DNA of 64,000 nt from an uncultured Nitrososphaerales archaeon (GCA_963709405.1 CAVPXM010000055.1:224001-288000); one strand, 5' to 3'; positions 12,459-23,323 are shown, counted from the stretch's first letter. Notes: generated by a model from the letters alone, not told the origin. Translations and numbers: made by a program.

Positions 12459-12776
12459 TTAGGAATCTTGCCTAATCCTTTCTAGTATTTTTTCTTTTAA
12501 CTCCTCATCAGTAATACTCACGTTTTTATCCATGCCTAGCTTTGAAGCCATTTCTTCCAGCTTTTCTCTAGTTAAACTACATTTATTATCAATATTTTGA
12601 TCTGACGGCGTCAGGGTTCGTTGAATCCTGGTAAGTTCATTCTTGGATTCTATTTTTGCTTTTTCATATTCAACTTGCGCTCTTCCTAGCGACTTGAATA
12701 GTTCAGGTAGCTTCCTAGAGCCAAACAGAATAAGTCCTACAGCCACCAAAACGAGTATGACATTTTCGTATGCCAT
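12459..12776 (-). CDS. tatA: Twin-arginine translocase TatA/E subunit
   Basis: LILFGSRKLPELFKSLGRA motif. Confidence 0.88.
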   Translation of the reverse strand: MAYENVILVLVAVGLILFGSRKLPELFKSLGRAQVEYEKAKIESKNELTRIQRTLTPSDQNIDNKCSLTREKLEEMASKLGMDKNVSITDEELKEKILERIRQDS

Positions 12777-13191
12777 TTAATTTATGACCGGTATCTACAG
12801 TAGACCAACCTCCATATATTTACTTACGCATATGAATTGCAGGAAACGATACTAAAGAACTGCGTCCCCCGCTTAATGGTTTAATATCAAGAGAATTCAA
12901 GCATTAACATAAGACTAGCATGTTCACAAGTCGTTGCTTCTCCAGAGATCAATATTGAACCCAACATGAGGTTCGATTCATTTAGGTCCTGTGGATCAGT
13001 TAATTTGTTCTCAACCTTCCGAGGGTAATATTTTCATACAATTTGAAGTTCATGTATTAAAAATAGTATCATCTGAACCCTTTAAATGCTTAAGAGAGTC
13101 TGGATAGGCTATATTAATTGAACAACAGAATTGAAACGAACTACGTTCAGCAATCTTTATTAATGCTACGAATAGTCGTATCAAAATTAGC

Positions 13192-14037
13192 ATGTTGTTT
13201 TCCAAGATCATGAAATGGAATGTGGTCTGCGTTAGCAGTCTAGTAATCTTATTGGTAGTAACGATGACCCTGCCTTTATTCTATACATTAGCTCTATTTT
13301 CACACTATGCGCACGCCTTAAGCGCACCGACACGGAAAGCAACCACATTACATGTTGCTAAGCTATATGATGTCTCAGGTACAGCTCTCACTAAAACAGA
13401 TAAAAATACAGGTATTGTACCAACAGCGAGGTCTGTTTTTGATACAGGAAGCATGTCGATTCCTTCTTCTGCAAGTGGTTTTATTATCTACATACCTGAT
13501 GAAGCGCACCATTCGATTTCTGAGCAGAAAACAATGAGTTTGAAGAATGCTCACTTTATACCCAGTAATCTAACAATTCCCTCCGGAACATCCATCGCAT
13601 ACGTACATGGTGATCCTAATCACGTCCATGTGGAGATAGTAAAGGATGCGAAATCAGGTAAGATTATGTGGCAAACTGTACCCGTAAAACATCCAGGCAG
13701 CTCAGATATCAGGGTCCTACCGATAGGAGATTATAGGGTGACTGATCCGAAATATGGTAACATGACTGGAACCATAACTGTGACAAACACACCAAAGGCT
13801 AGTACAAATAATCTGGTTATTGGCGGCATATTTGTTCCGACACCTCTGCTAGGCAAATACGAGGCAGATTTGACTGCTGGGAAATTTCGTGTTCTCTCAA
13901 CATATGATTTCGTGAGTAAAACAGTTCAAAAAGATATCAACGGTCCAACAGCTTTGGTCATTTATTCTACAAACTCTCCTATGCAAGATGCACTAAATGT
14001 TCTCAAGCCTCTTATAATGTCATTACCATATCGCTAG
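13192..14037 (+). CDS. Secreted cupredoxin-fold-like protein lacking the type-1 Cys
   Basis: Signal/TM segment; FIPSNLTIPSGTSI...GDY...MTGTITV cupredoxin framework. Confidence 0.6.
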   Translation: MLFSKIMKWNVVCVSSLVILLVVTMTLPLFYTLALFSHYAHALSAPTRKATTLHVAKLYDVSGTALTKTDKNTGIVPTARSVFDTGSMSIPSSASGFIIYIPDEAHHSISEQKTMSLKNAHFIPSNLTIPSGTSIAYVHGDPNHVHVEIVKDAKSGKIMWQTVPVKHPGSSDIRVLPIGDYRVTDPKYGNMTGTITVTNTPKASTNNLVIGGIFVPTPLLGKYEADLTAGKFRVLSTYDFVSKTVQKDINGPTALVIYSTNSPMQDALNVLKPLIMSLPYR

Positions 14038-14243
14038 TTGGCATCACATTTTCGTAAACTTGTTGAAACTTGGACAACCGTTTTCTAAAATCTTAATCTG
14101 AGACGAATTCGCATAAATCTATTCCATAGCCATTCATATTGCAAATCTAGAATTCCAATAAAAGGCATTACCAATAATAAAGTGGAAAGTTAGAGTCATT
14201 TCGTCTTTAGATTCGCATATACAAGATTAAGATAAACATATAC

Positions 14244-14606
14244 TTATGGAAATGGTAAAGTAAGAGGCGTATCAGTAGTCTTCTTATCCCTAGTTTGGTG
14301 ATTCTGGTTGCCATATGCGTTTGAGTCTTGATAGTTAGCTGATATGAATGATATATCCATATGCATGCCATTGCCTACATCATTGATTCCTGAATGTGCT
14401 ACTGCAAAATTGGCACCATTTGTGCCAAAAAAGGTCTGACCTTGAGAATAATTGCATGAAAAATCACCATTAGTCCCTACATTCGCGCTGTTAATTCCGT
14501 TAATACTAACCATATGAGTGTTGCAGGGCTCCGCGTTTGCATCTTCAGTTATATATTGCATTGATAGCAAGAAGATCAGCAAGACGACGAAAACAGAAAG
14601 GAACAT
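14244..14606 (-). CDS. Secreted hypothetical protein
   Basis: Signal peptide ending ANA; Asn/Gly-rich body; C-terminal TPLTLPFP. Confidence 0.6.
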   Translation of the reverse strand: MFLSVFVVLLIFLLSMQYITEDANAEPCNTHMVSINGINSANVGTNGDFSCNYSQGQTFFGTNGANFAVAHSGINDVGNGMHMDISFISANYQDSNAYGNQNHQTRDKKTTDTPLTLPFP

Positions 14607-15141
14607 GCTTAAAAGTACATCACTAATAATACTCTTCCTAAAAGATTGGGAATGATTATATCGAATCGTACTAGTTCATTTTCTATTATGAGTATTAGTT
14701 ATATTTGATTTAAGGAAGTAAATGCTATAATCTTTTTCCTGTTTTTTCTTATGTATAAAGGATCTCTGGAAAACCGCATTGACCGATTCTTTTATCGTAT
14801 ACTCGTATCTATGCTTCGACTCGATGGGGCCAGGATATCTAGGCATTGTAATTTGTCTACCTGCGTTCAGTGTCTTTAAAAGCGAGGTTGGTTAGGTAAA
14901 ACTGACCGTAGACTAACGGGGCTTGCATTCATAAGATACCAAATTATCGTAATGTGGAGAACAGCGACAAGTAGGAATATTTGTGAATGAGTTTGTCATG
15001 CCAACGCGAGTCGGTCTTCAGAGAAGACCATTAGCATTTTTTGATATTCTTGGTGCATTTAATTCAATTTGTGATCCTCTCACTGGTTAATCCATAGGTC
15101 CTGACATTCACTAACCGAAATACGAAGATAAGATTAGTATT

Positions 15142-15165
15142 GAGGAAATGCGATTTGAACCTATG
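15142..15165 (+). repeat. Degenerate att site (copy of tRNA-Val 3' half)
   Basis: gaggaaatgcgatttgaacctatg vs gagggaatgggatttgaacccatg at 17977-18000. Confidence 0.7.
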
Positions 15166-15677
15166 GTTGCTATTCCTGGATATGTAGCAGGTTGGCCGCA
15201 CCGAGTGCTAGTCGGGACAAATATGCACCCCGGTACGAACATTTCTCAAATGGTGAAGAATCCTCCTCCTACCTACACTGAACAAGTACAATGGAGAGAC
15301 GCCGCCACAGGTAACTTACTTGCAGCCTCAGACTACTTAGTGGTATGTCTCCCGGCTCTCCCCCAGCTCAAGGCTCAAGTGCCGATGCCAGAAGACCTAT
15401 ACTATGTCATCCTGTAAGAGATATTCCGATCGGCAAAAATGGCACTGTGGATACCAACTACTTTATAATGCCCAAGACAAATGAAACAGTGTACACCTCT
15501 GGCCAAGTCGACTTCGACGGCATATGGGTTGGTACACAAATTGACCGCTTTGAGACATATAAGAACCTACTATCAGGTGTCTATAGCGACGTGATTGCTG
15601 GATTATGGTGGCTAAAACACGAAAAGCCGATGGTAAACACCCCAGCTATGAGTAAATGCATAACCAGACATGATTAG
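15148..15677 (+). pseudogene. Fragmentary/chimeric islet ORF(s)
   Basis: Two overlapping short ORFs that join with a 1-nt shift (TEQVQWRDAATGNLLAASDY...SGMSPG); they begin inside the att repeat. Confidence 0.4.
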
Positions 15678-15988
15678 TGGTTAAGTCCAGCCGTGGATTC
15701 AAGCCTACTGATGCAAAGATGTTTACTATGGAGCGGGTCGTGTACACAGAATTACATCATAAGAGTCCGGTCAATGTAGGACAGGCATGGAATTATTCGA
15801 TAGGCTTCGACGCTGGGCGGCTCTTAGGAATAAAACCGAAATACATAACGTTTACTGATGGATGGTTAGCAGGATATCGCGCATCTGTGCATGGATTACC
15901 GAGAATGATTCAGGGACATCATACGACAAGTTACACCAGGGGATTTTATACGGGATATGATGCACCAGCGGGCGCGAAGGTCCCGTAA
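15677..15988 (+). CDS. Islet hypothetical protein with repeated (Y/F)xxG(F/W)xxG motifs
   Basis: YSIGFDAG, FTDGWLAGY, YTRGFYTGY. Confidence 0.5.
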   Translation: MVKSSRGFKPTDAKMFTMERVVYTELHHKSPVNVGQAWNYSIGFDAGRLLGIKPKYITFTDGWLAGYRASVHGLPRMIQGHHTTSYTRGFYTGYDAPAGAKVP

Positions 15989-16141
15989 TGATAGATTGAA
16001 CCGTGGAGTTGTGGGATTCCTTCAAGGTCATGCAATGCGTAAGGCTATCTCAATAATAAACGCTCATGGCGGCATATTTCAGTGGAGAGTACAGATCTAT
16101 ACTATGCGATGAAAAGGACTTCATCGAGGCAAGTTTAAAAC

Positions 16142-16627
16142 ATGCGACTAGGTGGTATTGTCATGAGACTATCGTTAACCGTTTACGTGGTTGCTGTTGC
16201 TGTCCTACTCGTTTCGAGCTTGCTCCTGTCATGGTTAATAGGTTTGACTGCGTTCGTCGACGCAAAGAAATACAAGTATAGGGGCTCTGGGTTGTTGGCT
16301 GGTTACATGATGGTATCCCACGTAAGACCTGATTTAGCTCAAGTTTCGCTCTTTGAGACCGTTGGAAATACAATAACTGCGTGTTCGGACACTAACACGA
16401 CAAACTCAGACGCAGAAAGCAACATAAGGGGAATGTCTACTGAAGTATATAGAACGTTTTGCAACGACTTCATGACATTTTCAATTAACTATTGTAATAG
16501 TACTGATCCTAATACCAGTCCGATAAATAAGGATGAAAGAACAGTTGAGGGGAGTATCTGCCTAGATCCACTCTTGACAAGAAGCATGAGCCACTATGCC
16601 ACAGTAAACCATATTAGCGTAAAATAA
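16142..16627 (+). CDS. Islet secreted/membrane hypothetical protein with four Cys
   Basis: Long N-terminal hydrophobic segment; four Cys in the C-terminal half. Confidence 0.55.
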   Translation: MRLGGIVMRLSLTVYVVAVAVLLVSSLLLSWLIGLTAFVDAKKYKYRGSGLLAGYMMVSHVRPDLAQVSLFETVGNTITACSDTNTTNSDAESNIRGMSTEVYRTFCNDFMTFSINYCNSTDPNTSPINKDERTVEGSICLDPLLTRSMSHYATVNHISVK

Positions 16628-16910
16628 AAGGCTCTTACCCATTTTTTAGCCTGCTTAGTTGGTTCTAGTGGTAGCGTTGGTCTCTTACTGGTAACGTTAG
16701 GCTATGTGTGAATCGATAGCGATAAGGATGCAATATTACATCCTTTTAACTGGTATTGTTTATCCTCCCCTTTATGCACTGCTAAAATGATATCTTTTCA
16801 CGGTTACGAAACAAGCGCGATTTTCTATAACAAGTTTTAGACCTTCAATCGACTTTTTAAACTTAACAGAGCATAATGGTTAAATTCCACACATTTTTAC
16901 AGTAAAGTCG

Positions 16911-17483
16911 ATGGTAAGAATTTTTTTGATCTCTATTATAAGTAGCATCTTTTTAATTGGTTTAGTTGGAGTTACTCCTTTTAGAGCTATCTCAAAACGT
17001 ATGTGCTATACAACCAGGGAACTGCCCCAGGCCTGAATTATCTGTGGGCACATACGTATGGTCATGATATACACGGTGATCCTACAAAGAATAGGTTTGT
17101 AGAACATACACCTCAATGTGTTGTTCTTGACTGGAAAATGAAGGCTGCTATAATTCCTAAAGATTATGATGAAGATGGAGATGTACATTTCAACGTTATA
17201 CCCGATCCCAAACTTCAGGACCTTTTAAATCTACAGAGTGGTGATGAAATGGTTGTAGAAGTTATCTGCTGGAATAAACCGAGTACTGAGCTATAATCAA
17301 CAATGGGGTAACTATTGCAATGGGGTAGAATCAAGATCACATTTTCCTACTCTTCTTACTCTCAAGGCAGGTGACCATGTACGTATTACCGGTAAATGGG
17401 TTCAGGATATAGGATATCCAAAGCCAGACCATGCCCAATGGAATGAACTTCATCCAGCGGAGAAAATAGAGAAGATCCCATAG
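16911..17483 (+). CDS. Secreted OB-fold-like protein, broken by several frameshifts
   Basis: Signal peptide MVRIFLISIISSIFLIGLVG; DEDGDVHFNV; VVEVIC; in the shifted frame GDHVRITGKWVQD...WNELHPAEKIE*. Confidence 0.65.
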
Positions 17484-17629
17484 AACCCTAATTTCTTTAA
17501 CTCTCTTGAACACCCCGGACAATGTTTGAATGGTTCAAGACTCGCTATACGGGCGTTATACTCTGCTGACCTTATATTCCAGCCATTTTTGACTATAGAG
17601 CGCAATGGTACCTCTTCAACCCGATACTT

Positions 17630-17899
17630 GAATAAGCAGATAATTTTGATATGTGTCAACCTACTGCGGATTTTAAGGTTACGTTCATTGTATTCAGCAA
17701 TCATTAATTCGCAGAGCAGTCCTGCATTCCGTGGATTGGCCTTTGCGATCTTCTTAAGAATCGAATTAAAATATCCTAATGCACCAGCAGTTATAGAATC
17801 AATTGTCAGTTCGAAGGTAGATGATGCGATCACGGTATCGACCTTCATAGTTCTAGTGGCGGTTGTCCTAGCCGTAGTGGGTCCAACGGTAAGTATCAT
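17630..17899 (-). pseudogene. Truncated tyrosine-integrase N-terminal fragment
   Basis: IDSITAG...YFNSILKKIAKANPRNAGLLCELMIAEYNERNLKIRSRLTHIKII resembles the N-terminus of thaumarchaeal integrases (recalled, not searched). No catalytic domain. Starts ~75 bp downstream of the tRNA 3' end. Confidence 0.6.
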
Positions 17900-17974
17900 T
17901 ACCCCTTGAAGTTATGGCCATTCGAGGAAACGCCTGCTTCATTGAATATATTATGTATAAACCCATGAACAGCA

Positions 17975-18049
17975 TGGAGGGAATGGGATTTGAACCCATG
18001 ATCACCTGCGTGTAAAGCAGGTATCCTAACCAATCTAGACCACCCCTCC
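17975..18049 (-). tRNA. tRNA-Val (anticodon TAC), no intron, CCA not encoded
   Basis: GGAGGGGTGGTCTAGATTGGTTAGGATACCTGC-TTTACAC-GCAGGTGATCATGGGTTCAAATCCCATTCCCTCCA folds into a cloverleaf. Confidence 0.97.
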
Positions 18050-18080
18050 GAAATAAATCTCATGACAAGTTGAGTAAATG

Positions 18081-18090
18081 CATATAAAAG
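18081..18090 (-). promoter_or_regulatory. Archaeal TATA box for tRNA-Val
   Basis: CTTTTATATG on the minus strand, ~32-41 nt upstream of the mature 5' end. Confidence 0.55.
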
Positions 18091-18426
18091 TCATTTGATA
18101 GGTTAAGAAGGTCACTCAATAAGGGAAAAGATAAACCTGCTGGACTAGGCAAGCCTTAGATTTCAATGATGGCTGATCCCCTCCGAACCTACACTTACCT
18201 CACGCAAAATCTGATTCATAACACCATTAATTCGAGTGTTTGGGTTCTTCAAATTCAAGTGGTCCAGAGTTCTGGCATAATTTCTCAATTTTCGTTGAAA
18301 GTCATGACGATGTTGTCAAATTGTAAGTACTTTTAACGATTAGAAATTATCTGCATATTTGTAAATATCTTACTAATTGTAAAGACACACCAAGTCCATA
18401 AATATATTGTGCAGAGGTCAATTTCA

Positions 18427-18669
18427 ATGAATATAGAAATACGGAAATCGACCTGGATTGCAGTTTTGGGCGTACTTGCGTTAATTACATTAGTTCACTC
18501 AATTGCTGTCCCGACGCTTGCACTCAAGAACTATTTTAACTGCACAACAAAAGCGGCCAACAAAAGTGGGAAATTTTCCGTGGAGGACGTAAATACTTGC
18601 TATTACAAGGTTTTTGTAGGGGCTAGGAAATATTACGTAAATGAAACTCGATCAGTGTTGTCTAATTAA
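18427..18669 (+). CDS. Small secreted protein with a Cys pair
   Basis: Signal peptide; YFNCTTK...DVNTCYYKVF. Confidence 0.65.
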   Translation: MNIEIRKSTWIAVLGVLALITLVHSIAVPTLALKNYFNCTTKAANKSGKFSVEDVNTCYYKVFVGARKYYVNETRSVLSN

Positions 18670-19258
18670 ATATTGCACGAGCGACCAGCTAGATTATCGT
18701 GGATTTTAAATTCATCATTAGTCCGCAAACACAGTTTGAGGATTATGCCAACAGGCCATAAGATATATCTCTCATTCTTCTTAATTTGCATACAGCGTCT
18801 AATCAGTACTGTATCATGATCTATTAATTGTCATAAGTCTGTATAGTAACAAATTATTAATTTTTTTAGATCGGCCGCTGCGTCGCGCAGCGATGCGCTA
18901 CCCATGTGCAATAGGGACCTCATTCTACGGATCTTTAAGCCTAACAATAAGATATGGCTAATTCGACATATCTGCCGACTTGTGTCCATTAATGACCAGA
19001 TAGCGGTATCATTATACCAGTTTCAAGAGATTAATGTCTCCTCAGCTTTGAGTTAATCAGTTTCATGGATCATTTTAAAAGGGAGAATTAATTATTCGAG
19101 AAATATTTGTAGTTGACATGAAACTACCACATATGCGATATATATTCACGGAAAATTATCGATCCTAACGCTAAGGTATACGGAAAACTAAGCAGTACTC
19201 ACAGCAAAGTGTAGTAGTTCAAACTTTTATTAAGCCGATCGAATCAACTTATTGTATA

Positions 19259-19777
19259 GTGGTATCAGGTGATCAGGAGCAAGAAGATATTGGGCATCGA
19301 GCCGACAAATTGAAAAAGATGATTGGCGAGACACAAGAGCACTATGAGGCACTAATTGACTCCGCTCAAATTTATAAGAAGGGTAAGATGAACGAAAAGG
19401 AATTTCTATTTAAGTTGGGCGAATACTTAAAAACTATGTCATCCATCAATTTTCTCTCAACCCAGATAATTTTGGAGTTAAAATCAGTTTTTGAACAAAA
19501 TAAGCGCTCCCTATCTGGCTCATCCCCAGTCGCAGAATCCTACTCGAATGTTGGTCCCAAGAAGCAGTCTTTCTCAAGTGTAAGTTCGAACACTTTGAAT
19601 GGCAATGCTACGTATCAAGAAACCGCACCTACATTCAAGCCGGTTACTATCACGTTGGAGAAGCCCGTTCAAGATAGGAATAATAGAGAGCAAGCATCAA
19701 TGCGAAAATGTCCCAAGTGTGGCCACGTATTATCTTTCCGAGCGAAATTTTGTAACAAATGCGGAAGCTCGCAATAA
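19259..19777 (+). CDS. Protein with C-terminal zinc ribbon
   Basis: Helical N-terminus; CPKCG...AKFCNKCG at the C-terminus. Confidence 0.85.
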   Translation: MVSGDQEQEDIGHRADKLKKMIGETQEHYEALIDSAQIYKKGKMNEKEFLFKLGEYLKTMSSINFLSTQIILELKSVFEQNKRSLSGSSPVAESYSNVGPKKQSFSSVSSNTLNGNATYQETAPTFKPVTITLEKPVQDRNNREQASMRKCPKCGHVLSFRAKFCNKCGSSQ

Positions 19778-20635
19778 TTAGCGAAACCTGTTATAATCTG
19801 TAGAATTTTAAAGATCCTGAGAAATATGAGACAAACGAACTACTACATGATTTTCCTAGTAACCATTTATTTAAAATCATCTTAATAATATGCTTCAGAA
19901 TGTTCGATATTACCTAAGTGAGGATATAGAAGACGTCATTGAATATATAATGAATAAATGAGATGCATGTAAGAATATTTAAAGAGTTGGAATACAGAAT
20001 ACAGTAAGTTAGAGGGAATTGGCATACTTTATAATCGTTATTGAAATTAGAAGAGGAATGTGTTGTCCTTAACCTGAGGAGAAGACACCGACTTTTCAAA
20101 CTATATCTCTATCCAGCAGTCGACGTACGTGGTATCGAACAGTCTCATTATTAATAACGTTCTTAAACAGGGTACTATCATTATTCCAGTAATAACATAG
20201 ATTGGCCAGACAGGTTGCTACAAGTTAGAAGATCCGCTACGAGGTGTCACTAGACCTGCAATACGTTTTCAATGTAATACATATTTGAATGATAAAGAAG
20301 TGAATGTTACACATGAATCAAAATGAGAAATTTTAATGGCAATAGAATCGGAATCTTTCTTGATTCTTCCAGATTGTTTACCGGTTGTCTGAGTTATCCA
20401 CGCAAGAATGGTAGATAGATATTACACGACGAAACTGCGACGGATAATCTTGAATAGATAGATGAATCGATATATGACACCGATGAAGCAGTGAAGAATA
20501 TATCATTGCCACCCCTAAGAAGATTGATAAGTAGTTTGTAGATTTGATGGAACCACGAAGCGAAAAATTTGTGGATTATTTATCATACTCCTGAAGTGCA
20601 ACTATTAATATTATAACCTTGTATAAAGATACGTA

Positions 20636-21094
20636 ATGAAAGTCTTTAATGGGCGGTCTGCCACTGATGAGTACATGTCTACCCATTCGCTCACATTTTC
20701 AACCCCTGAGATGACTCTTAAAAAATTTGCCTTGTGGCTAGGTGATCAAGTTACGAGCCCTAGTGATTCAAAAAAGAGCCCCAGGCTAATGTCATATATC
20801 GAAGACATTAGTGATAGTGACGATGAAAAACTTACTGAAATTATTCCCGACGTTGATGATTCTTTTAAGCCCAGTGGGGCAGTTACAGATATGTATGGAA
20901 GCCAGCCGACTTCAAAGATAACACAGGAACAGCAACCAAGTCATTCAGTCAGCACGAGCTCTAACGACAATTTAAGTCGTGGGAATTTAGAAAAAACCTC
21001 CGATCGTTCGGAGCTGAAATATTGTATCGAATGTGGAACCTCCCTGGGGATCAACGCCAAGTTCTGCATCCGATGTGGGAATAAGCAGAGTTAA
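20636..21094 (+). CDS. Protein with C-terminal zinc ribbon
   Basis: CIECG...AKFCIRCG at the C-terminus after an acidic/Ser-rich linker. Confidence 0.85.
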   Translation: MKVFNGRSATDEYMSTHSLTFSTPEMTLKKFALWLGDQVTSPSDSKKSPRLMSYIEDISDSDDEKLTEIIPDVDDSFKPSGAVTDMYGSQPTSKITQEQQPSHSVSTSSNDNLSRGNLEKTSDRSELKYCIECGTSLGINAKFCIRCGNKQS

Positions 21095-21304
21095 TCATGA
21101 ATCGTCCTTCATAATTCAGGTACGCGTGCCATAAAGATTAGTTAGATCACTTCGTAGCAGACTCGACGCACTGCCGATAAGTAGACTTGAAAATATTAAT
21201 TTCCGGATCTGAATCAATAGGTTAGTTAGACAGCATCGATCAATCTAGAGTATCGTAACAGAGTAAGGAAATAAATATTAATATATTGAAACAAAACACA
21301 TCCA

Positions 21305-21529
21305 TCACATAGTATCTGATCTATTTTTTTCCTTAAAATCTGAGGTCTCCTGTGGTACAACCTTGTCAATACCCTTGGTCATTCTAGTATCTCTATGTGT
21401 CATTTTAGCATCAAGCCCTGCTACCCCGATTTCCTTGATTAAAAAATAACAATCATTACATACGGCTACTGAGAAAATGAAATTTAAGGAGAAGAATTTT
21501 GTCCGTTTGCAAATCTTACAGACCTTCAT
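21305..21529 (-). CDS. Small CxxC...CxxC protein
   Basis: VCKICK...VCNDC. Confidence 0.55.
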   Translation of the reverse strand: MKVCKICKRTKFFSLNFIFSVAVCNDCYFLIKEIGVAGLDAKMTHRDTRMTKGIDKVVPQETSDFKEKNRSDTM

Positions 21530-21986
21530 ATGATGTAATTAATGAATTAGCTAAAAAGCATTTTCATTTCAGTCTCAGCTGGACGCGATATTACGTTATA
21601 CTGGAGTTCTGTCCAACACAATTGAAGACGACTAACTGTCCATACGAACGTGGAATGATCTCTAGAGACGCCGTCGTTCAAAGTATCAAGGCCGGAGAGA
21701 CTTACTATATTAAATCAAAAAGAAGATAAGCATTGGAAGTGATTTCAGCATATAATGCTTTTAAAAGATAATGGTATAGCCGGTATTACATTAAGTGGCG
21801 ACGTTCAATAACAACTAACTGCGCAGCAAGACACGTTTCTAACGAATTAATGAATCGTTATCGGTTGAATATCCAGCACCGATACCGATGAAACTGTCAA
21901 CGGGACTTTCCCATTCATATTATGTGAAATTCGAGCAAAATTCCAATTACCGTCTTTCTTCAAAATAAATGCGCTTTAAACGGAAA

Positions 21987-23021
21987 TCATGAAGGTGGCT
22001 GATAAGGATTAACTCGCTCGAGCGAAAGGGCATGATTATCATCTAGTGCTCCAACACCTAGGCTCAGTCCTCTAATCGTAATATTTAGCCCGGCAGACTT
22101 CTATAGGTGTCAATGAAAACTCTCTCGTAAGAGCAGTTCGTATTTGTTTGTCAGGGTTCATAGTCTCATTAACCCGAATCGGTATTGCCATGCTAAGAAC
22201 CTTTGATATCACATCAGAAGGAATTTTTTTAGATTGATTACTGATTGAATATTCAATTAGTTGAAGTATGATCTCTCTGTTAGCGACTTTTAAGGCATTA
22301 ACTGTGTATATCGCGTCTACACTTAGAACGCTAGTCGCCTCGGAGCCTGAAATTACGCCTGCAATCCCACCCTTGCTAGAGGAGATTGCGGAGCGTATTG
22401 ATGGGTCCAAATCAACGCTTATTGTTAATACTCCTTCGAAATATCTCTCGGACGAAACATTTGCAAGTTGGGGAATTGAGGCAAGAATCTGTTTACAATC
22501 TATACTCGTTGACCTAGATGAGTCGAGATTTTGAATTCTGTAATTGTGATCGCGAGTATCACCATTCAATGTCGCTTTCCAGAAAAACGATATCGGAAAA
22601 TTTTGCCTATTAAAAATATTTATGTCTGAATTATAGCGACCAGGTCTCAAGGGCCCATCTTCGGCCGTTATAGTTCCACAAATGAATCTAGCCGTATATT
22701 CTAGAGTATTCGAGCTTCCGGCTCCGGGTCCAGGGATAGCCTGAACTCTGGTTGTAGATTCGTTATCGATAGTCACTACCGTACCAAGGCATCGTTTCCA
22801 TAATATACCGAAGGTATGAGCATGTGACCAGCATACCAGCTTGAAAGATCCTTCTGACTAAACTCATTCAAATCAACACCTGCCCCGTTAGAGTAGTATA
22901 TAAGATGCACAGGTAGCCTTTCAGAAGCCAAAGCATTTTGGTAGATCGAAACGAATGTGTTAGACGGCCATATCATTTGAAACAAGGCAAGTACGGTAAT
23001 GAACAGGCAGATGAGCTTCAA
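21987..23021 (-). CDS. Secreted hypothetical protein, apparently one gene broken at ~22785 and ~22097
   Basis: A signal-peptide ORF abuts the main ORF (EYTARFICG...GPLRPGRYNSDINIFN), which continues in a shifted frame ...GVGALDDNHALSLERVNPYQPPS*. Confidence 0.65.
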
Positions 23022-23188
23022 ATTTATAACTCGATAAAATTATGAAAAATTTAAGTCTTTATGATCAATCGGATAATTATGGGCTGACGAGCGGTTGAAT
23101 CATTGAGCCGAGTTTAGCAGGTAGACTCGGTCAGGCTAAGTCGGGAATAGCAGTAACTTTATCTCTAAGCGTATGATATTCCAGTGCA

Positions 23189-23323
23189 ATGGCTGATGAA
23201 ATGTTTATGTTCGGTGTGGTTACAGGTGTGTTTGCTGTGCTGGCTGGACTTTTGTTTGCATCCAGAGCAAAGCGGAAATCCGTGGACTTGGAAGTTGAAC
23301 GTAGAGCCGGTGCTCCTATATGA
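23189..23323 (+). CDS. 44-aa single-pass membrane microprotein (not in ORF track)
   Basis: MADEMFMFGVVTGVFAVLAGLLFASRAKRKSVDLEVERRAGAPI*; TATA-like CTTTATCT 25-32 nt upstream. Confidence 0.65.
   Translation: MADEMFMFGVVTGVFAVLAGLLFASRAKRKSVDLEVERRAGAPI

Larger units (their letters stand above)
15142..18000. mobile_element. Decayed tRNA-Val-integrated element (genomic islet)
   Basis: Bounded by a direct repeat of the tRNA 3' half (15142-15165 vs 17977-18000, 21/24), with an integrase N-terminal fragment next to the tRNA. Confidence 0.7.

Noticed and set aside
12955-12978. GGTTCGATTC T-loop-like motif
   Set aside because: No T-stem or cloverleaf around it.
21640-21900. DUF3892-like remnant (ISRDAVVQSIKAGETYY)
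   Set aside because: Too short and broken to support.
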